A stretch of 64,000 nucleotides of DNA, taken from assembly GCA_039683415.1 (NCBI GenBank), contig JBDKRL010000006.1:273827-337826 (forward strand), written 5' to 3'. Below are positions 28,675 through 38,804 of the stretch, piece after piece; positions within the stretch are counted from its first letter, which is position 1, and the number at the start of each line of letters is the position of its first letter. Source of the DNA: Clostridiaceae bacterium (GTDB lineage Bacteria > Bacillota > Clostridia > Christensenellales > CAG-138). Under the pieces are notes generated by a model. That model did not search any database. It was not told the origin of the DNA and saw only the letters and a list, made by a program, of their open reading frames with translations. A program made the translations under genes and the position numbers.

Positions 28675-29509
28675 CAGCCAGTTGTCCGCTTACGCCGCGC
28701 TGACCGACAAAAAACTCGGTGAACTCCTGAGCGATGATTCGATCCCGGAAATCCTGCGCGAGAGCATGGCCTACAGTGTGTTTTCCGGCGGAAAGCGCCT
28801 GCGGCCTTCGCTCTGCATGGCGGCCTGTGAACTCTGCGGTGGCGCCGCGGAAGACGCGCTGCTGCCGGCCTGCGCGGTGGAACTCATCCATACCTATTCG
28901 CTGATTCACGACGATTTGCCCGCTATGGACAACGACGACATGCGGCGCGGCAAGCCCAGCAGTCATATTGCGTTTGGAGAGGCCAACGCGATTTTGGCGG
29001 GTGACGGACTGCAGGCGCTGGCGTTTGACCTGCTTTCGGACTGCCCCGCGCGCGACGCGCTGAAGCACATTTCCCGCGGCGCTTTTGAAATGGTGATGGG
29101 ACAGAGCCTCGACTGCAACACCGAGGGCAAGGCCGAGCTGTTGAATACGCTGCAGGACTATAAAACCGGCGCGCTGTTTCGCGCTGCGGTGGGCGCGGGT
29201 GCGGCCTGCGCGCGCGCAGGCGCCAGCGAACAGGAAGCGCTTTCGGCGTTTGCCGGCGCATACGGCATGCTCTTTCAAATCACGGACGACATCCTCGATT
29301 TTGAAGGGAACCCGGACACGCTCGGGAAATCCGTCGGCAAGGATGCGTCCGCGGGCAAAGTGACGTTTGTGAGCGTTTACGGCCCGGATGGCGCAAAAAC
29401 GTACGCTAAGACATTTGCGCGCGAAGCGAAAAAAGCGGTTCTTGCCATCGGCCGCGACGCTTCGTTCTTTACGGAACTAATCGATTACACCCTGACGCGA
29501 CAAGCGTAA
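28667..29509 (+). CDS. ispA: Farnesyl diphosphate synthase / polyprenyl synthetase
   Basis: GGKRLRP, LIHDDLPAMDNDD, KTGALF, FQITDDILD. Confidence 0.93.
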   Translation: MLSSQLSAYAALTDKKLGELLSDDSIPEILRESMAYSVFSGGKRLRPSLCMAACELCGGAAEDALLPACAVELIHTYSLIHDDLPAMDNDDMRRGKPSSHIAFGEANAILAGDGLQALAFDLLSDCPARDALKHISRGAFEMVMGQSLDCNTEGKAELLNTLQDYKTGALFRAAVGAGAACARAGASEQEALSAFAGAYGMLFQITDDILDFEGNPDTLGKSVGKDASAGKVTFVSVYGPDGAKTYAKTFAREAKKAVLAIGRDASFFTELIDYTLTRQA

Positions 29510-29554
29510 CTTGAAATACGAACTATACGTACAATAAAGGACGAACAGCAAAAC

Positions 29555-31381
29555 ATGGATCGTTACCCGATACTCGATACAATCAATTCCCCGGAGGACG
29601 TAAAAAAACTGCCGGAAGCGCAGCTTCCCATCCTCGCGGCGCAGATTCGTCAGTACATGATTGAAAACGTAGCGCGCTGCGGGGGGCATCTTGCCTCCAG
29701 TCTCGGCGCGGTGGAGCTTACCATCGCCATGCACCGGGCGTTTTCCAGCCCGGTCGACGAAATCGTATTCGACGTAGGGCATCAGTCCTACGCGCACAAA
29801 ATTCTGACCGGGCGGCGGGAAGCGTTTTGCACACTCCGTCAGGAAAACGGCATCAGCGGGTTTCCCAAGCGGGAAGAAAGCGAACACGACCCGTTCAACA
29901 CCGGCCACGCGAGCACGGCGATCTCCGCCGCGCTCGGCATTGCGCGCGCCAAGCGCCTGCTTGGCCTCGAAGGCGCGGCGGTAGCGCTGGTTGGCGACGG
30001 CGCGCTTACGGGGGGACTCGCGTTCGAAGGCTTAAACGACGCCGGGCAGGCGGACGTGCCGCTGGTGGTGATCCTCAACGACAACGAAATGTCGATTTCC
30101 CAGAACGTCGGCGCGCTGCACCGCATGCTCGTAAACATGCGCGTCAGCCCCGGATACGTCAGGTTCAAGCGTTTCCTCGTGCGGGTGCTCGATACCGGCA
30201 TGATCGGGCGCTGGCTTTCGCGCCATATGGAAAACCTCAAAAACAGAATCAAGAGCTTTTTAATGCCCAAACGGCTGTTTGAGGACATGGGCTTTTTATA
30301 CCTCGGCCCCATCGACGGGCACGATATCCACGCGCTGACGCGGATGTTCAAGCGTGCGCGGGAGATGAAGGTGCCTGTTATCGTCCATTGCGTGACGCAA
30401 AAAGGCAAGGGATACGCTTTTTCGGAGCGCAACCCGGAAAAGTTCCATGGCGTTGCGCCGTTTTCCATCGACACGGGTGATATCGAGCCGATGCTGAAAA
30501 AAAGCAACTCCAGCGTCTTTGGCGGAGCCATGATCGAGCTTGCCGAAAAGGATCCGAAAATCGTTGCCGTTTCCGCGGCAATGCCCATCGGCACGGGGCT
30601 TGCGGAGTTTGCAACGCGCTTTCCGGATCGGTTTTTCGACGTCGGCATTGCCGAAGAGCACGCGCTGACCATGGCCGCCGGTATGGCGGCGGGCGGGCTC
30701 AAACCGGTGGTAGCGATTTACTCCACGTTTTTACAGCGCGGCTACGACCAGATTCTGCACGACATCTGCCTGCAGAACCTGCCCGTCGTGCTTGCCATTG
30801 ACCGCGCGGGACTGGTCGGCGAGGACGGAGAGACGCATCAGGGCGTTTACGACGCTTCGTTTTTATTCGATATGCCGAATATCACGATCTATTCGCCCGC
30901 TACCCAGCAGGAGCTGGTACATATGCTCAAACTCGCCGTCGAGCGCGGCGAACCCGCGGCGGTGCGCTATCCGCGCGGGAGCCTGATCCAGGCGGTTTCG
31001 AGCGTACCCGTGGAGCGGGGCAAATGGGAAGTGATTGAACCGATCGCGGAAAAGACCGTGATTGCCACCGGCGCGATGGTGGCGCTAGCAATGCCCGTTG
31101 CGCGGAAACTCGGCGCGGGGCTCGTCAACGCCAGAACGTTCCGCCCGATGGACGACGAACTGCTGGAAACGATTCAAAAAACGGCCAAGTTCGTCGTCGT
31201 GATGGAAGAAGGCGTGGACTGTCTGGGCCTTGCCGTGACGGCGGCGGTGGCTCCGGTCAAAGTCGAGCGGATGAACGTTTCCTGCGCGCCCGTGACCCAT
31301 GCAAGCGTCAGCAGCCAGCGCGAGCGCTGCGGCCTTACCGCAGCCGCGCTTGAACAGCGACTCACGGGGAAAGCAAAATGA
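29555..31381 (+). CDS. dxs: 1-deoxy-D-xylulose-5-phosphate synthase
   Basis: GGHLASSLG, DVGHQ, GDGA...NDN, DRAG, DGETH. Confidence 0.97.
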   Translation: MDRYPILDTINSPEDVKKLPEAQLPILAAQIRQYMIENVARCGGHLASSLGAVELTIAMHRAFSSPVDEIVFDVGHQSYAHKILTGRREAFCTLRQENGISGFPKREESEHDPFNTGHASTAISAALGIARAKRLLGLEGAAVALVGDGALTGGLAFEGLNDAGQADVPLVVILNDNEMSISQNVGALHRMLVNMRVSPGYVRFKRFLVRVLDTGMIGRWLSRHMENLKNRIKSFLMPKRLFEDMGFLYLGPIDGHDIHALTRMFKRAREMKVPVIVHCVTQKGKGYAFSERNPEKFHGVAPFSIDTGDIEPMLKKSNSSVFGGAMIELAEKDPKIVAVSAAMPIGTGLAEFATRFPDRFFDVGIAEEHALTMAAGMAAGGLKPVVAIYSTFLQRGYDQILHDICLQNLPVVLAIDRAGLVGEDGETHQGVYDASFLFDMPNITIYSPATQQELVHMLKLAVERGEPAAVRYPRGSLIQAVSSVPVERGKWEVIEPIAEKTVIATGAMVALAMPVARKLGAGLVNARTFRPMDDELLETIQKTAKFVVVMEEGVDCLGLAVTAAVAPVKVERMNVSCAPVTHASVSSQRERCGLTAAALEQRLTGKAK

Positions 31382-32190
31382 AAACACGGCTGGACGTTGC
31401 GTTATTTGAACAGAACCTCGCCAAAAGCCGCGAACACGCGCGCGCGCTGATCATGGCGGGTCAGGTGTATATCGACGGGACAAAGGCCGAAAAAGCCGGG
31501 CAGTTCGTTACGGAAGCTTCCGCGCTGACCGTTCGCGGCGAAAGCTGCCCGTTCGTCAGCCGTGGCGGGTACAAGCTCCAGAAGGCGACGGAGGATTTTC
31601 CCATTTCGCTGGAAAACGCAATCGCGGCGGATATCGGCGCTTCGACCGGCGGGTTTACGGACTGCATGCTCCAGCACGGCGCAAAAAAAGTGTACGCCAT
31701 CGACGTCGGCTACGGCCAGCTCGACTGGTCGCTGAGAAGCGACGAGCGGGTTGTCGTTTTGGAGCGCACGAACGCGCGGTTTATGGAACCGAATTGGTTT
31801 GCCGAGCCGCTCGACTTTGCCTCCATCGACGTTTCGTTCATCTCGCTCGACAAAATCCTGCCGCCGCTGCTGGCCTGCTTAAAAGAAGGCGGACAGGTGG
31901 TTGCGCTGGTCAAACCGCAGTTCGAAGCGGGGCGGGGCAAGGTTGGAAAAAACGGCGTGGTCACGGACGAAGAGACGCATTTAGAGGTCGTCGAGCGGAT
32001 GATTGCCGTTGCTTTGCGGGCGGGATTTTGCGTAAAAGGGCTCTCGTATTCACCAATTAAAGGTCCGAAAGGGAATATCGAATTCCTGCTTTGGCTCGAA
32101 AAATGTATAGACGTAACAGACACAATCTCAAAAGTAGACCATAACGAAGCCATTTCGGTTGTGCGTCTTGCACACACCTCGTGTATATAA
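31378..32190 (+). CDS. tlyA: TlyA family rRNA methyltransferase
   Basis: S4 domain, VSRGGYKL, DIGASTGGFT, KPQFE. Confidence 0.95.
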   Translation: MKTRLDVALFEQNLAKSREHARALIMAGQVYIDGTKAEKAGQFVTEASALTVRGESCPFVSRGGYKLQKATEDFPISLENAIAADIGASTGGFTDCMLQHGAKKVYAIDVGYGQLDWSLRSDERVVVLERTNARFMEPNWFAEPLDFASIDVSFISLDKILPPLLACLKEGGQVVALVKPQFEAGRGKVGKNGVVTDEETHLEVVERMIAVALRAGFCVKGLSYSPIKGPKGNIEFLLWLEKCIDVTDTISKVDHNEAISVVRLAHTSCI

Positions 32191-32242
32191 GGTATACATA
32201 TTCATAAATACTCTTGTATTTTTATGTATCGGGCTGTATAAT
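32189..32242 (+). promoter_or_regulatory. Internal promoter with two ARG-box-like sites
   Basis: TTGTAT(32214)-N17-TATAAT(32237); AAGGTATACATATTCATA and CTTGTATTTTTATGTATC resemble TGAATAWWWATTCA. Confidence 0.5.
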
Positions 32243-32274
32243 GCCAATATATTATTTGATCCGGGGTATCTGCC

Positions 32275-33066
32275 ATGATCGTCGGCTTTGCCGGAAATCT
32301 CGATAAGCCGGGCATTGCCGAAGTCCGCTCCTCGCTGATGGCGCAGGCCGCGCACGCTGGCTGTGAATGCCTCGCGTTTGACAGTGTGGAAGCGGTGCGG
32401 CTCTCGAAGGTTGCGCCGGAACTGCTGGTTGTGATCGGCGGGGACGGATCTCTGCTGCGCTTTGCTTCCGTTGCGGCCGGACAGGATCTGCCAATCCTCG
32501 GCGTCAACCTGGGGCGTATCGGGTTTTTAAGCGAAATCGCGGCCGAAGAGTTCACTTCGGCGCTGCGGAGAATCCAGGCGGGCGAGTGCCGCATTGAGGA
32601 GCGAATGATGCTCCGCTGCCAGGTCAACAACGGCGAATGCTGGCACTGCCTCAACGACATCCTCGTGTTCAAACAATCGTTTTCCGGCACGATTCAGGTG
32701 CGGCTCGTCTGCGACGGGCAGGAAGTAGGAACCGTCTTTTGCGACGGCATTATCGCTTCCACCCCGACGGGATCTACGGCCTACAACCTCTCCGCCGGCG
32801 GCCCGGTCGTTACCCAAAACCTCGACGCCATTGCGGTCACCCCCGTTTGCTCGCATACGCTGCATGTGCGCCCCGTCGTTTCCGCGGCTTGCTCCGTTTG
32901 GACGTTTCATGTCAACGAAACGGGTTTTGTTGCGGGCGACGGAATCCGACTGAGCCAAATCGATCCGGAAGACCGGATCACGGTGACCAAGTCCGACCGC
33001 ATCGTCAAATTCATCCGCTTTGCGGAACAAAACGTCTTCGAACTGATACAGAGGAAGCTATCGTAA
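32275..33066 (+). CDS. nadK: NAD(+) kinase
   Basis: GGDG, GVNLGRIGFL, STPTGSTAYNLSAGGP. Confidence 0.93.
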   Translation: MIVGFAGNLDKPGIAEVRSSLMAQAAHAGCECLAFDSVEAVRLSKVAPELLVVIGGDGSLLRFASVAAGQDLPILGVNLGRIGFLSEIAAEEFTSALRRIQAGECRIEERMMLRCQVNNGECWHCLNDILVFKQSFSGTIQVRLVCDGQEVGTVFCDGIIASTPTGSTAYNLSAGGPVVTQNLDAIAVTPVCSHTLHVRPVVSAACSVWTFHVNETGFVAGDGIRLSQIDPEDRITVTKSDRIVKFIRFAEQNVFELIQRKLS

Positions 33067-33302
33067 ACTCGGCGTCGCACTGAATCTTACTCGTTTGATT
33101 CGGAAAGCGATCGTAAACACAGACAAACGCCTAACCAATCCGCTGCAGCCTATTTGTCTACTTCATGCAAAACAACTGTCCTGAACACCGAACTGCCGTT
33201 GCGGCGTGTTCTTTCCAGGTAACATGAGTTGGAAAGCCGATGCGCATTCTTTTGAGGCAAATCGGAACGCACTAATTATTTTTTTGTATTGGGGATAGCA
33301 TT

Positions 33303-33752
33303 ATGAAAGCGAAACGTCATGACATGATTTCCAAGCTGATCGCTTCGGAAAACATCGAAACGCAGGAAGAGCTCGCCGGTAAGCTCCGCGATCACGGTTT
33401 CTCCGTGACGCAGGCGACCGTCTCGCGGGACATCAAGGAACTGCGGCTCATCAAGGTGCTCACACCCGAGGGAAGATACCGTTATGCGACGGTGGAAAAA
33501 GCCGAAGCTGATCTGCAGGAACGATTTATCCGCATGTTCAGCAACTGCGTGCTTTCGGTCACGAGCGCGGGGAACATGATCGTCATCAAAACCATCGCGG
33601 GCAGTGCGCCTGCGGCGGCGGAGGCGGTGGACTCGCTCAAATGGCCGGATATCCTCGGTTCCATCGCGGGCGACAACACGATTTTCATCGCTGTGCGGGA
33701 CAGCAAGAGCGTTGGCGACATCATTAAAAAATTCCAGAAAATGCTGAAATAA
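33303..33752 (+). CDS. argR: Arginine repressor
   Basis: TQEEL, TQATVSRDIKEL, GSIAGDNTI. Confidence 0.97.
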   Translation: MKAKRHDMISKLIASENIETQEELAGKLRDHGFSVTQATVSRDIKELRLIKVLTPEGRYRYATVEKAEADLQERFIRMFSNCVLSVTSAGNMIVIKTIAGSAPAAAEAVDSLKWPDILGSIAGDNTIFIAVRDSKSVGDIIKKFQKMLK

Positions 33753-33873
33753 TCCGTTATACTGTTATTATCGCAGATTGCTTTTTCAACCGATTTTTTC
33801 GGATGCTCCATCAGCGGAGCTTTCGTGCCATGGACCGTGTGTTGGATTGGTGCTCAAACAGGAGGGCGCATTT

Positions 33874-35592
33874 TTGCTCAAGCAACTTTCGATCAACAAT
33901 ATTGCGCTGATCGACCAGCAACTGATTGAATTCTTCAACGGATTTTCCGTGATGACGGGCGAAACCGGCGCCGGAAAGTCCATTATTATTGAAGCGCTCA
34001 ATTTTGTATTGGGCGAGCGCGCGAGCCGAGAACTGGTCAAATCCGGCGAGCAGAAGGCCAGCGTCGAAGCGCTGTTTCTGCTGCGACCGGACGATCCTGC
34101 GTATGAAGTATTAGCTGCTCAGGGCATCGACTGCGAAGGCGGCGAGCTGACCATCTACCGCGAGTTCACGCTGGCGGGCAAAAACGTCTGCAGAGCCAAC
34201 GGAACGATGATCTCCGCGGGCGTGCTCAAGGAGATTGGCGACGCTTTGGTGGATATCCACGGCCAGCACGCGCATCAGTCGCTGCTCGACGCGAAAAAGC
34301 ACATCGTGCTGCTCGACCGTTTTGCGGGCAGAGACGTGCTGGAACGCAAAATCCGCGTTGTCGAAGCCTATCAAAAGGCGAACGAAGCGCGCCGCCAGCT
34401 CAACGCTTCTCAGATCAACGAGCAGGAACGCGCACGCAGATGCGATCTGCTGTCGTATCAAATCAACGAAATCGACGGCGCAAAGCTGGAAGATGGCGAA
34501 GAAGAGCGTCTTGAAGAACAGCGGGGTTTGCTGCAAAACGCGCAAGCCGTGATGGAAGGCCTCGAAGGCGCGGGCACCGCGCTTTCCGGCGACGGTTCCG
34601 AAAGCAGCGGCGCGCTCGACGCGCTGAGCGTTTGTCTGCGTCTGCTCGACGGCATCGCGCGGTTTCGCGGCGAGTATGCCCAGCTTTCCGAAAAGCTGCA
34701 CGCGCTGTATTACGATTTGGAGGACGCGGCCTATTCCCTCCGCGACTACCGAAACGACTTTTCCTTTGAGCCGGGTCAGCTGGACGAAATCGAGACCCGT
34801 CTCGACGTGATTTCCTCGCTCAAGCGCAAGTACGGCGCGAACATTGCGGAAATCCTCGCGTTTCGTGAAAAGAGCGCAAAGGAACTGGAGCTCATCAGCA
34901 CCGCCGAGGAACGCAGGGAACAGCTCCAACTGGACTATGACGCGGCAAAGAGCGAGTACACGATCCTTGCCGAAGAGCTTTCCGAACGCAGAAAAGCGGC
35001 GGCTATGCGGCTGCGCGAGCGCATATTGCCGGAACTTGGCGACCTTGGCATGCCGCATGCGGCGTTTGAAGTCGCTTTTGAGCGTCTCGGCGGCGAACTC
35101 CCCGGGGCAAACGGCGTGGACGGCGTGGAGTTTTTGCTCTCCACCAACCGCGGCGAACCAGTCAAGCCGCTCTCCAAAGTGGCGTCCGGCGGCGAGCTTT
35201 CCCGCATCATGCTCTCGTTCAAGTCCGTGCTGGCGGAACTCGACGGGATCCCGACCATGGTGTTTGACGAAATCGACAGCGGCATCAGCGGGCAGATGGG
35301 CACCGCCGTGGCGGTCAAAATGCGGCAGATCGCAGGGTGCCGTCAGGTGCTCTGCATTACGCACCTGCCGCAGATTGCGGCTTACGCCAACTGGCAATAC
35401 CTGGTGTATAAGGAAGAAAGCGGCGACAAAACGCGTTCGAACGCTCGTCTGCTGAGTGAAAACGAACGTGCTTCGGAGATTGCGCGCATCATGAGCGGAA
35501 CGACGACCGACCCGGTCGCGCTGGAACATGCGCGCAGGCTGATCGAAGCAGCCAACGCTTCCGTGCGTCAGAACGGACAGCATTTTTCATAA
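33874..35592 (+). CDS. recN: DNA repair protein RecN
   Basis: TGETGAGKS, HGQH, ASGGELSR, FDEID, ITHLPQ; TTG start after GGAGGG. Confidence 0.96.
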   Translation: MLKQLSINNIALIDQQLIEFFNGFSVMTGETGAGKSIIIEALNFVLGERASRELVKSGEQKASVEALFLLRPDDPAYEVLAAQGIDCEGGELTIYREFTLAGKNVCRANGTMISAGVLKEIGDALVDIHGQHAHQSLLDAKKHIVLLDRFAGRDVLERKIRVVEAYQKANEARRQLNASQINEQERARRCDLLSYQINEIDGAKLEDGEEERLEEQRGLLQNAQAVMEGLEGAGTALSGDGSESSGALDALSVCLRLLDGIARFRGEYAQLSEKLHALYYDLEDAAYSLRDYRNDFSFEPGQLDEIETRLDVISSLKRKYGANIAEILAFREKSAKELELISTAEERREQLQLDYDAAKSEYTILAEELSERRKAAAMRLRERILPELGDLGMPHAAFEVAFERLGGELPGANGVDGVEFLLSTNRGEPVKPLSKVASGGELSRIMLSFKSVLAELDGIPTMVFDEIDSGISGQMGTAVAVKMRQIAGCRQVLCITHLPQIAAYANWQYLVYKEESGDKTRSNARLLSENERASEIARIMSGTTTDPVALEHARRLIEAANASVRQNGQHFS

Positions 35593-35658
35593 AACCAGCG
35601 CTGGGTCGGCGGCACGATAGAATTTGATTAGAATGCATTGATTACTGCGGGAGCAAGC

Positions 35659-36417
35659 ATGAGAAAAAGTCTGTTGATCGCGAGCAATAACGTCGTCGAC
35701 GCAAAGGGCATCGAGGCGGTCTTTCAGCCCCTCGAAGATATCCGCCTTCTGCCAAGCGTGTTTACCGGGCGCGACGCAATCGACATGATATTCGCGCGGG
35801 ACGTGGACCTCCTGATTCTCGATCTGTTTTTACACGATCTGGACGGCATCTGCGTGCTGGACTTCATTGGCAAACTCAGCGAGGATCGCCGCCCGCTTGT
35901 ATTCGTAACCACCGCGCTGGCGGACGACCGCCTGCTGCAGGTGATCAAAGACCGCGTGATCTACTGCTTTACCAAACCGCTTAAATACGAAATCGTCCAG
36001 CTCCGCGTACTGGAATTCATGCGCCTCTTTGAGCGTGAAACCGAAAAAGCGGACGACATGGTGGATATCCTCGAAAGCCAGATCGCTTCCGGCATTCGCG
36101 CCATCGGTGTGCCCGCGCACCTGAAAGGCTACTATTACCTCCGCGACGCAATCCGCATCTACGCCATGAGCGAATCCCCCGTGGATTTGAGCATCACCAA
36201 CGACATCTATCCCACCGTGGCGAAAATTTACAACACGCGCCCGCCGCTGGTGGAGCACGCCATGCGCAGCGCAATCGAAGTCGCCTGGGCGCGCGGCAAC
36301 ACCGATACCATCCGCGAATACCTTGGCTATACCAGCGGCGATTATAAGGGCAAGCCCAGCAATCTGGAGTTTGTTGCAATGATGGCGCAGCGCGCGCTGA
36401 CCTATCTGAAGAAATAG
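35659..36417 (+). CDS. spo0A: Spo0A-family response regulator (divergent)
   Basis: Receiver domain plus Spo0A_C motifs GVPAHLKGYYYLR, YPTVAK, AIEVAW.RG, KPSN.EF; follows recN. Confidence 0.85.
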   Translation: MRKSLLIASNNVVDAKGIEAVFQPLEDIRLLPSVFTGRDAIDMIFARDVDLLILDLFLHDLDGICVLDFIGKLSEDRRPLVFVTTALADDRLLQVIKDRVIYCFTKPLKYEIVQLRVLEFMRLFERETEKADDMVDILESQIASGIRAIGVPAHLKGYYYLRDAIRIYAMSESPVDLSITNDIYPTVAKIYNTRPPLVEHAMRSAIEVAWARGNTDTIREYLGYTSGDYKGKPSNLEFVAMMAQRALTYLKK

Positions 36418-36502
36418 GCGAAAGGCAAAAAATGCGTGTCGGCTCCGTCGGGCTCAGCCCGCACGGGGCATTTTTATAGTGACTTGATCACACGCGCTTT
36501 GA

Positions 36503-36531
36503 TTGACGCGAACTGGTTTTCAGCGTAAACT
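36503..36531 (+). promoter_or_regulatory. SigA promoter of deoB-punA
   Basis: TTGACG-N17-TAAACT. Confidence 0.65.
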
Positions 36532-36553
36532 GAACTTATGTGAGGTGACGGAA

Positions 36554-37750
36554 ATGGAACAGAAAAACGAATTCAAAAAACGCGCGATCGTGATCGTGCT
36601 CGACAGCGTCGGCATCGGCGAACAGCCGGATGCGGCGGAGTTCGGGGACGTTGGTTCGCATACGCTCGGAAATATTCAAAAAGTGCGCGGCAGGCTCGAT
36701 TTGCCGAACATGAAGGCGCTGGGGCTTGCCAGCATCGAGGACAGCCGTTTGACGCCTTTTACCGGGACGCTGACCGGCAGCTACGGCAAATGCGCCGAGT
36801 TGACCAAAGCCAAGGACACCACCTGCGGGCACTGGGAAATGGCGGGGTTGCCGCTCAAGCAGGCGTTCAAGACCTACCCGGAGGGATTTCCGCGTAAGTT
36901 CCTAGACGAATTCGAGCAGAAGATCGGCCGCGGGACGCTCGGCAACACCGTCGCCAGCGGCACGGCCATCATCAACGAACTTGGCGACAAGCATGTTCGC
37001 ACCGGCAAACCCATCGTGTATACCTCGGCGGACAGCGTATTCCAGATTGCGGCGCACGAAGGCGTGATTCCGCTGGAAGAGCAGTACCGCATCTGCGAAA
37101 TTGCCAGAGAACTGCTCAACGACGAAAGCTACCTGGTCGGCCGCGTGATCGCGCGTCCGTTTACCGGCGCAAACGGCGTATACACCCGAACCGAAAACCG
37201 CAAGGACTATGCCGTCGAGCCGTTTACGGATACCGTTCTGGATGCGCTGGTCAAGCGCAGCCTGCCGGTGGTCGGCATCGGCAAGATCGAGGATATCTTC
37301 TGCCACAGGGGCGTTTCGATTGTCGATCACACCAAAAACAATCACACCGGCACGGAATCGACCATCCGGTTTATCGAAGAAGGCACGGGCAGCTTCATCT
37401 TCAGTAACCTTGTGGACTTCGACATGCTCTACGGCCACCGCAACGACGTGGAAGGCTACGCCAAAGCGCTGGAAACGTTCGATCTTGCGCTGCCGCGCAT
37501 TCTGGCCGCCATGAAGGAAGGCGATATTCTGATGATCACCGCCGACCACGGGTGCGACCCCACCACGCCGAGCACGGATCATTCGCGGGAGTACATTCCG
37601 CTTCTCGTCACCGGCGCGCATGTCAAAAGCGGCGTGAATCTCGGCACCCGCAAGACCTTTGCGGATATCGGCGCAACCGTACTGGACTACCTGACGGGCG
37701 AACAATGGAACGTCGGCAAGTCGTTTTTGCCGGAGATCATCGAGGCGTAA
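36554..37750 (+). CDS. deoB: Phosphopentomutase
   Basis: VLDSVGIG, KDTTCGHWE, YTSADS, YGHRND, TADHGCDP. Confidence 0.96.
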   Translation: MEQKNEFKKRAIVIVLDSVGIGEQPDAAEFGDVGSHTLGNIQKVRGRLDLPNMKALGLASIEDSRLTPFTGTLTGSYGKCAELTKAKDTTCGHWEMAGLPLKQAFKTYPEGFPRKFLDEFEQKIGRGTLGNTVASGTAIINELGDKHVRTGKPIVYTSADSVFQIAAHEGVIPLEEQYRICEIARELLNDESYLVGRVIARPFTGANGVYTRTENRKDYAVEPFTDTVLDALVKRSLPVVGIGKIEDIFCHRGVSIVDHTKNNHTGTESTIRFIEEGTGSFIFSNLVDFDMLYGHRNDVEGYAKALETFDLALPRILAAMKEGDILMITADHGCDPTTPSTDHSREYIPLLVTGAHVKSGVNLGTRKTFADIGATVLDYLTGEQWNVGKSFLPEIIEA

Positions 37751-37754
37751 CCGT

Positions 37755-38570
37755 ATGAATTCTGTGATCGACGAAGCCGTGTCCAGACTTGCGCCCCTTT
37801 GCGGGGAACACTGCAAAATCGGCCTGATCCTCGGTTCGGGGCTTGGCGGATACGCGGAGCGCATTTCCAACATCCGCACCCTGAACTACGCGGAGATTCC
37901 CGGCTTTCCGCAGTCCCATGTGCCGGGGCATAAAGGAAGGTTCGTCATTGGCGAGCTGTTTAATAAAACAGTCATCTGCATGCAGGGGCGCTTTCACTAT
38001 TACGAAGGCTACCCGCAGAGCGAGATTGCGCTAAGCGTAAGGGTGATGAAGCGCCTCGGCGTAGAAAAACTGCTGATCACCAACGCATGTGGCGGCGTGA
38101 ACCTTGCGTTTCAGCCTGGAGATCTGATGCTGATCTCCGACCATATCAACTTCTCCGGCTCCAACCCGCTGATCGGGCCGAACGACGATTCCTTCGGCAC
38201 GCGCTTTCCCGACCAGGGAAACGTGTATAATAAGGAACTCCGCGCGCTCGTCCGGGTGGTGGCGCAGGAGGAGGGGATTCAGCTTCGCGAGGGCGTTTAC
38301 ATGATGTTCTCCGGCCCATGCTTCGAGTCGCCGGCGGAAATCGTCATGGCGCGCACCGTTGGCGCTTCCGCCGTCGGCATGTCCACCGTGCCGGAAGCGA
38401 TTGCGGCGCATCACGCGGGCATCAAGACCATCGGCATTTCGCTGGTGACCAACATGGCGGCGGGGATCCTCGAGCAGACGCTGACGCATGAGGAAGTGCA
38501 GCAGGCCGCCAATGCCGCTTCGGAAAAGTTCACAAAACTCGTCGACCGGATCATACGGGACGTGTTTTAG
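37755..38570 (+). CDS. punA: Purine-nucleoside phosphorylase (trimeric type)
   Basis: ILGSGLG, GRFHYYEG, GMSTVPE, HEEV. Confidence 0.95.
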   Translation: MNSVIDEAVSRLAPLCGEHCKIGLILGSGLGGYAERISNIRTLNYAEIPGFPQSHVPGHKGRFVIGELFNKTVICMQGRFHYYEGYPQSEIALSVRVMKRLGVEKLLITNACGGVNLAFQPGDLMLISDHINFSGSNPLIGPNDDSFGTRFPDQGNVYNKELRALVRVVAQEEGIQLREGVYMMFSGPCFESPAEIVMARTVGASAVGMSTVPEAIAAHHAGIKTIGISLVTNMAAGILEQTLTHEEVQQAANAASEKFTKLVDRIIRDVF

Positions 38571-38588
38571 CTCAAGTTCTTTTACGAG

Positions 38589-38615
38589 CGCCCGCGCAGT
38601 ATGCGCGGGCGTTTT
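38589..38615 (+). terminator. Intrinsic terminator
   Basis: CGCCCGCGCA-gta-TGCGCGGGCG-TTTT. Confidence 0.82.
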
Positions 38616-38617
38616 AT

Positions 38618-38675
38618 TCCGCTTGACTAGCGCTTTAAGTCCGCTTGACATGCGCTTTGCGCCTGCTTGACATGA
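38618..38675. repeat. 22-bp tandem repeat (about 2.6 copies) containing TTGAC
   Basis: TCCGCTTGACTAGCGCTTTAAG / TCCGCTTGACATGCGCTTTGCG / CCTGCTTGACATGA. Confidence 0.85.
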
Positions 38676-38804
38676 TAGGAAAACGGTCAAAAAGCGGCAG
38701 GAATTTGTTTGGAGCGCAACAAATTTGGTAAAGCATGGATTAGGCTTGCTTGTTGGATCGCGGCTGGCTTATAATGAAAAAAAGCGACAAGGAGGACTAC
38801 GATT

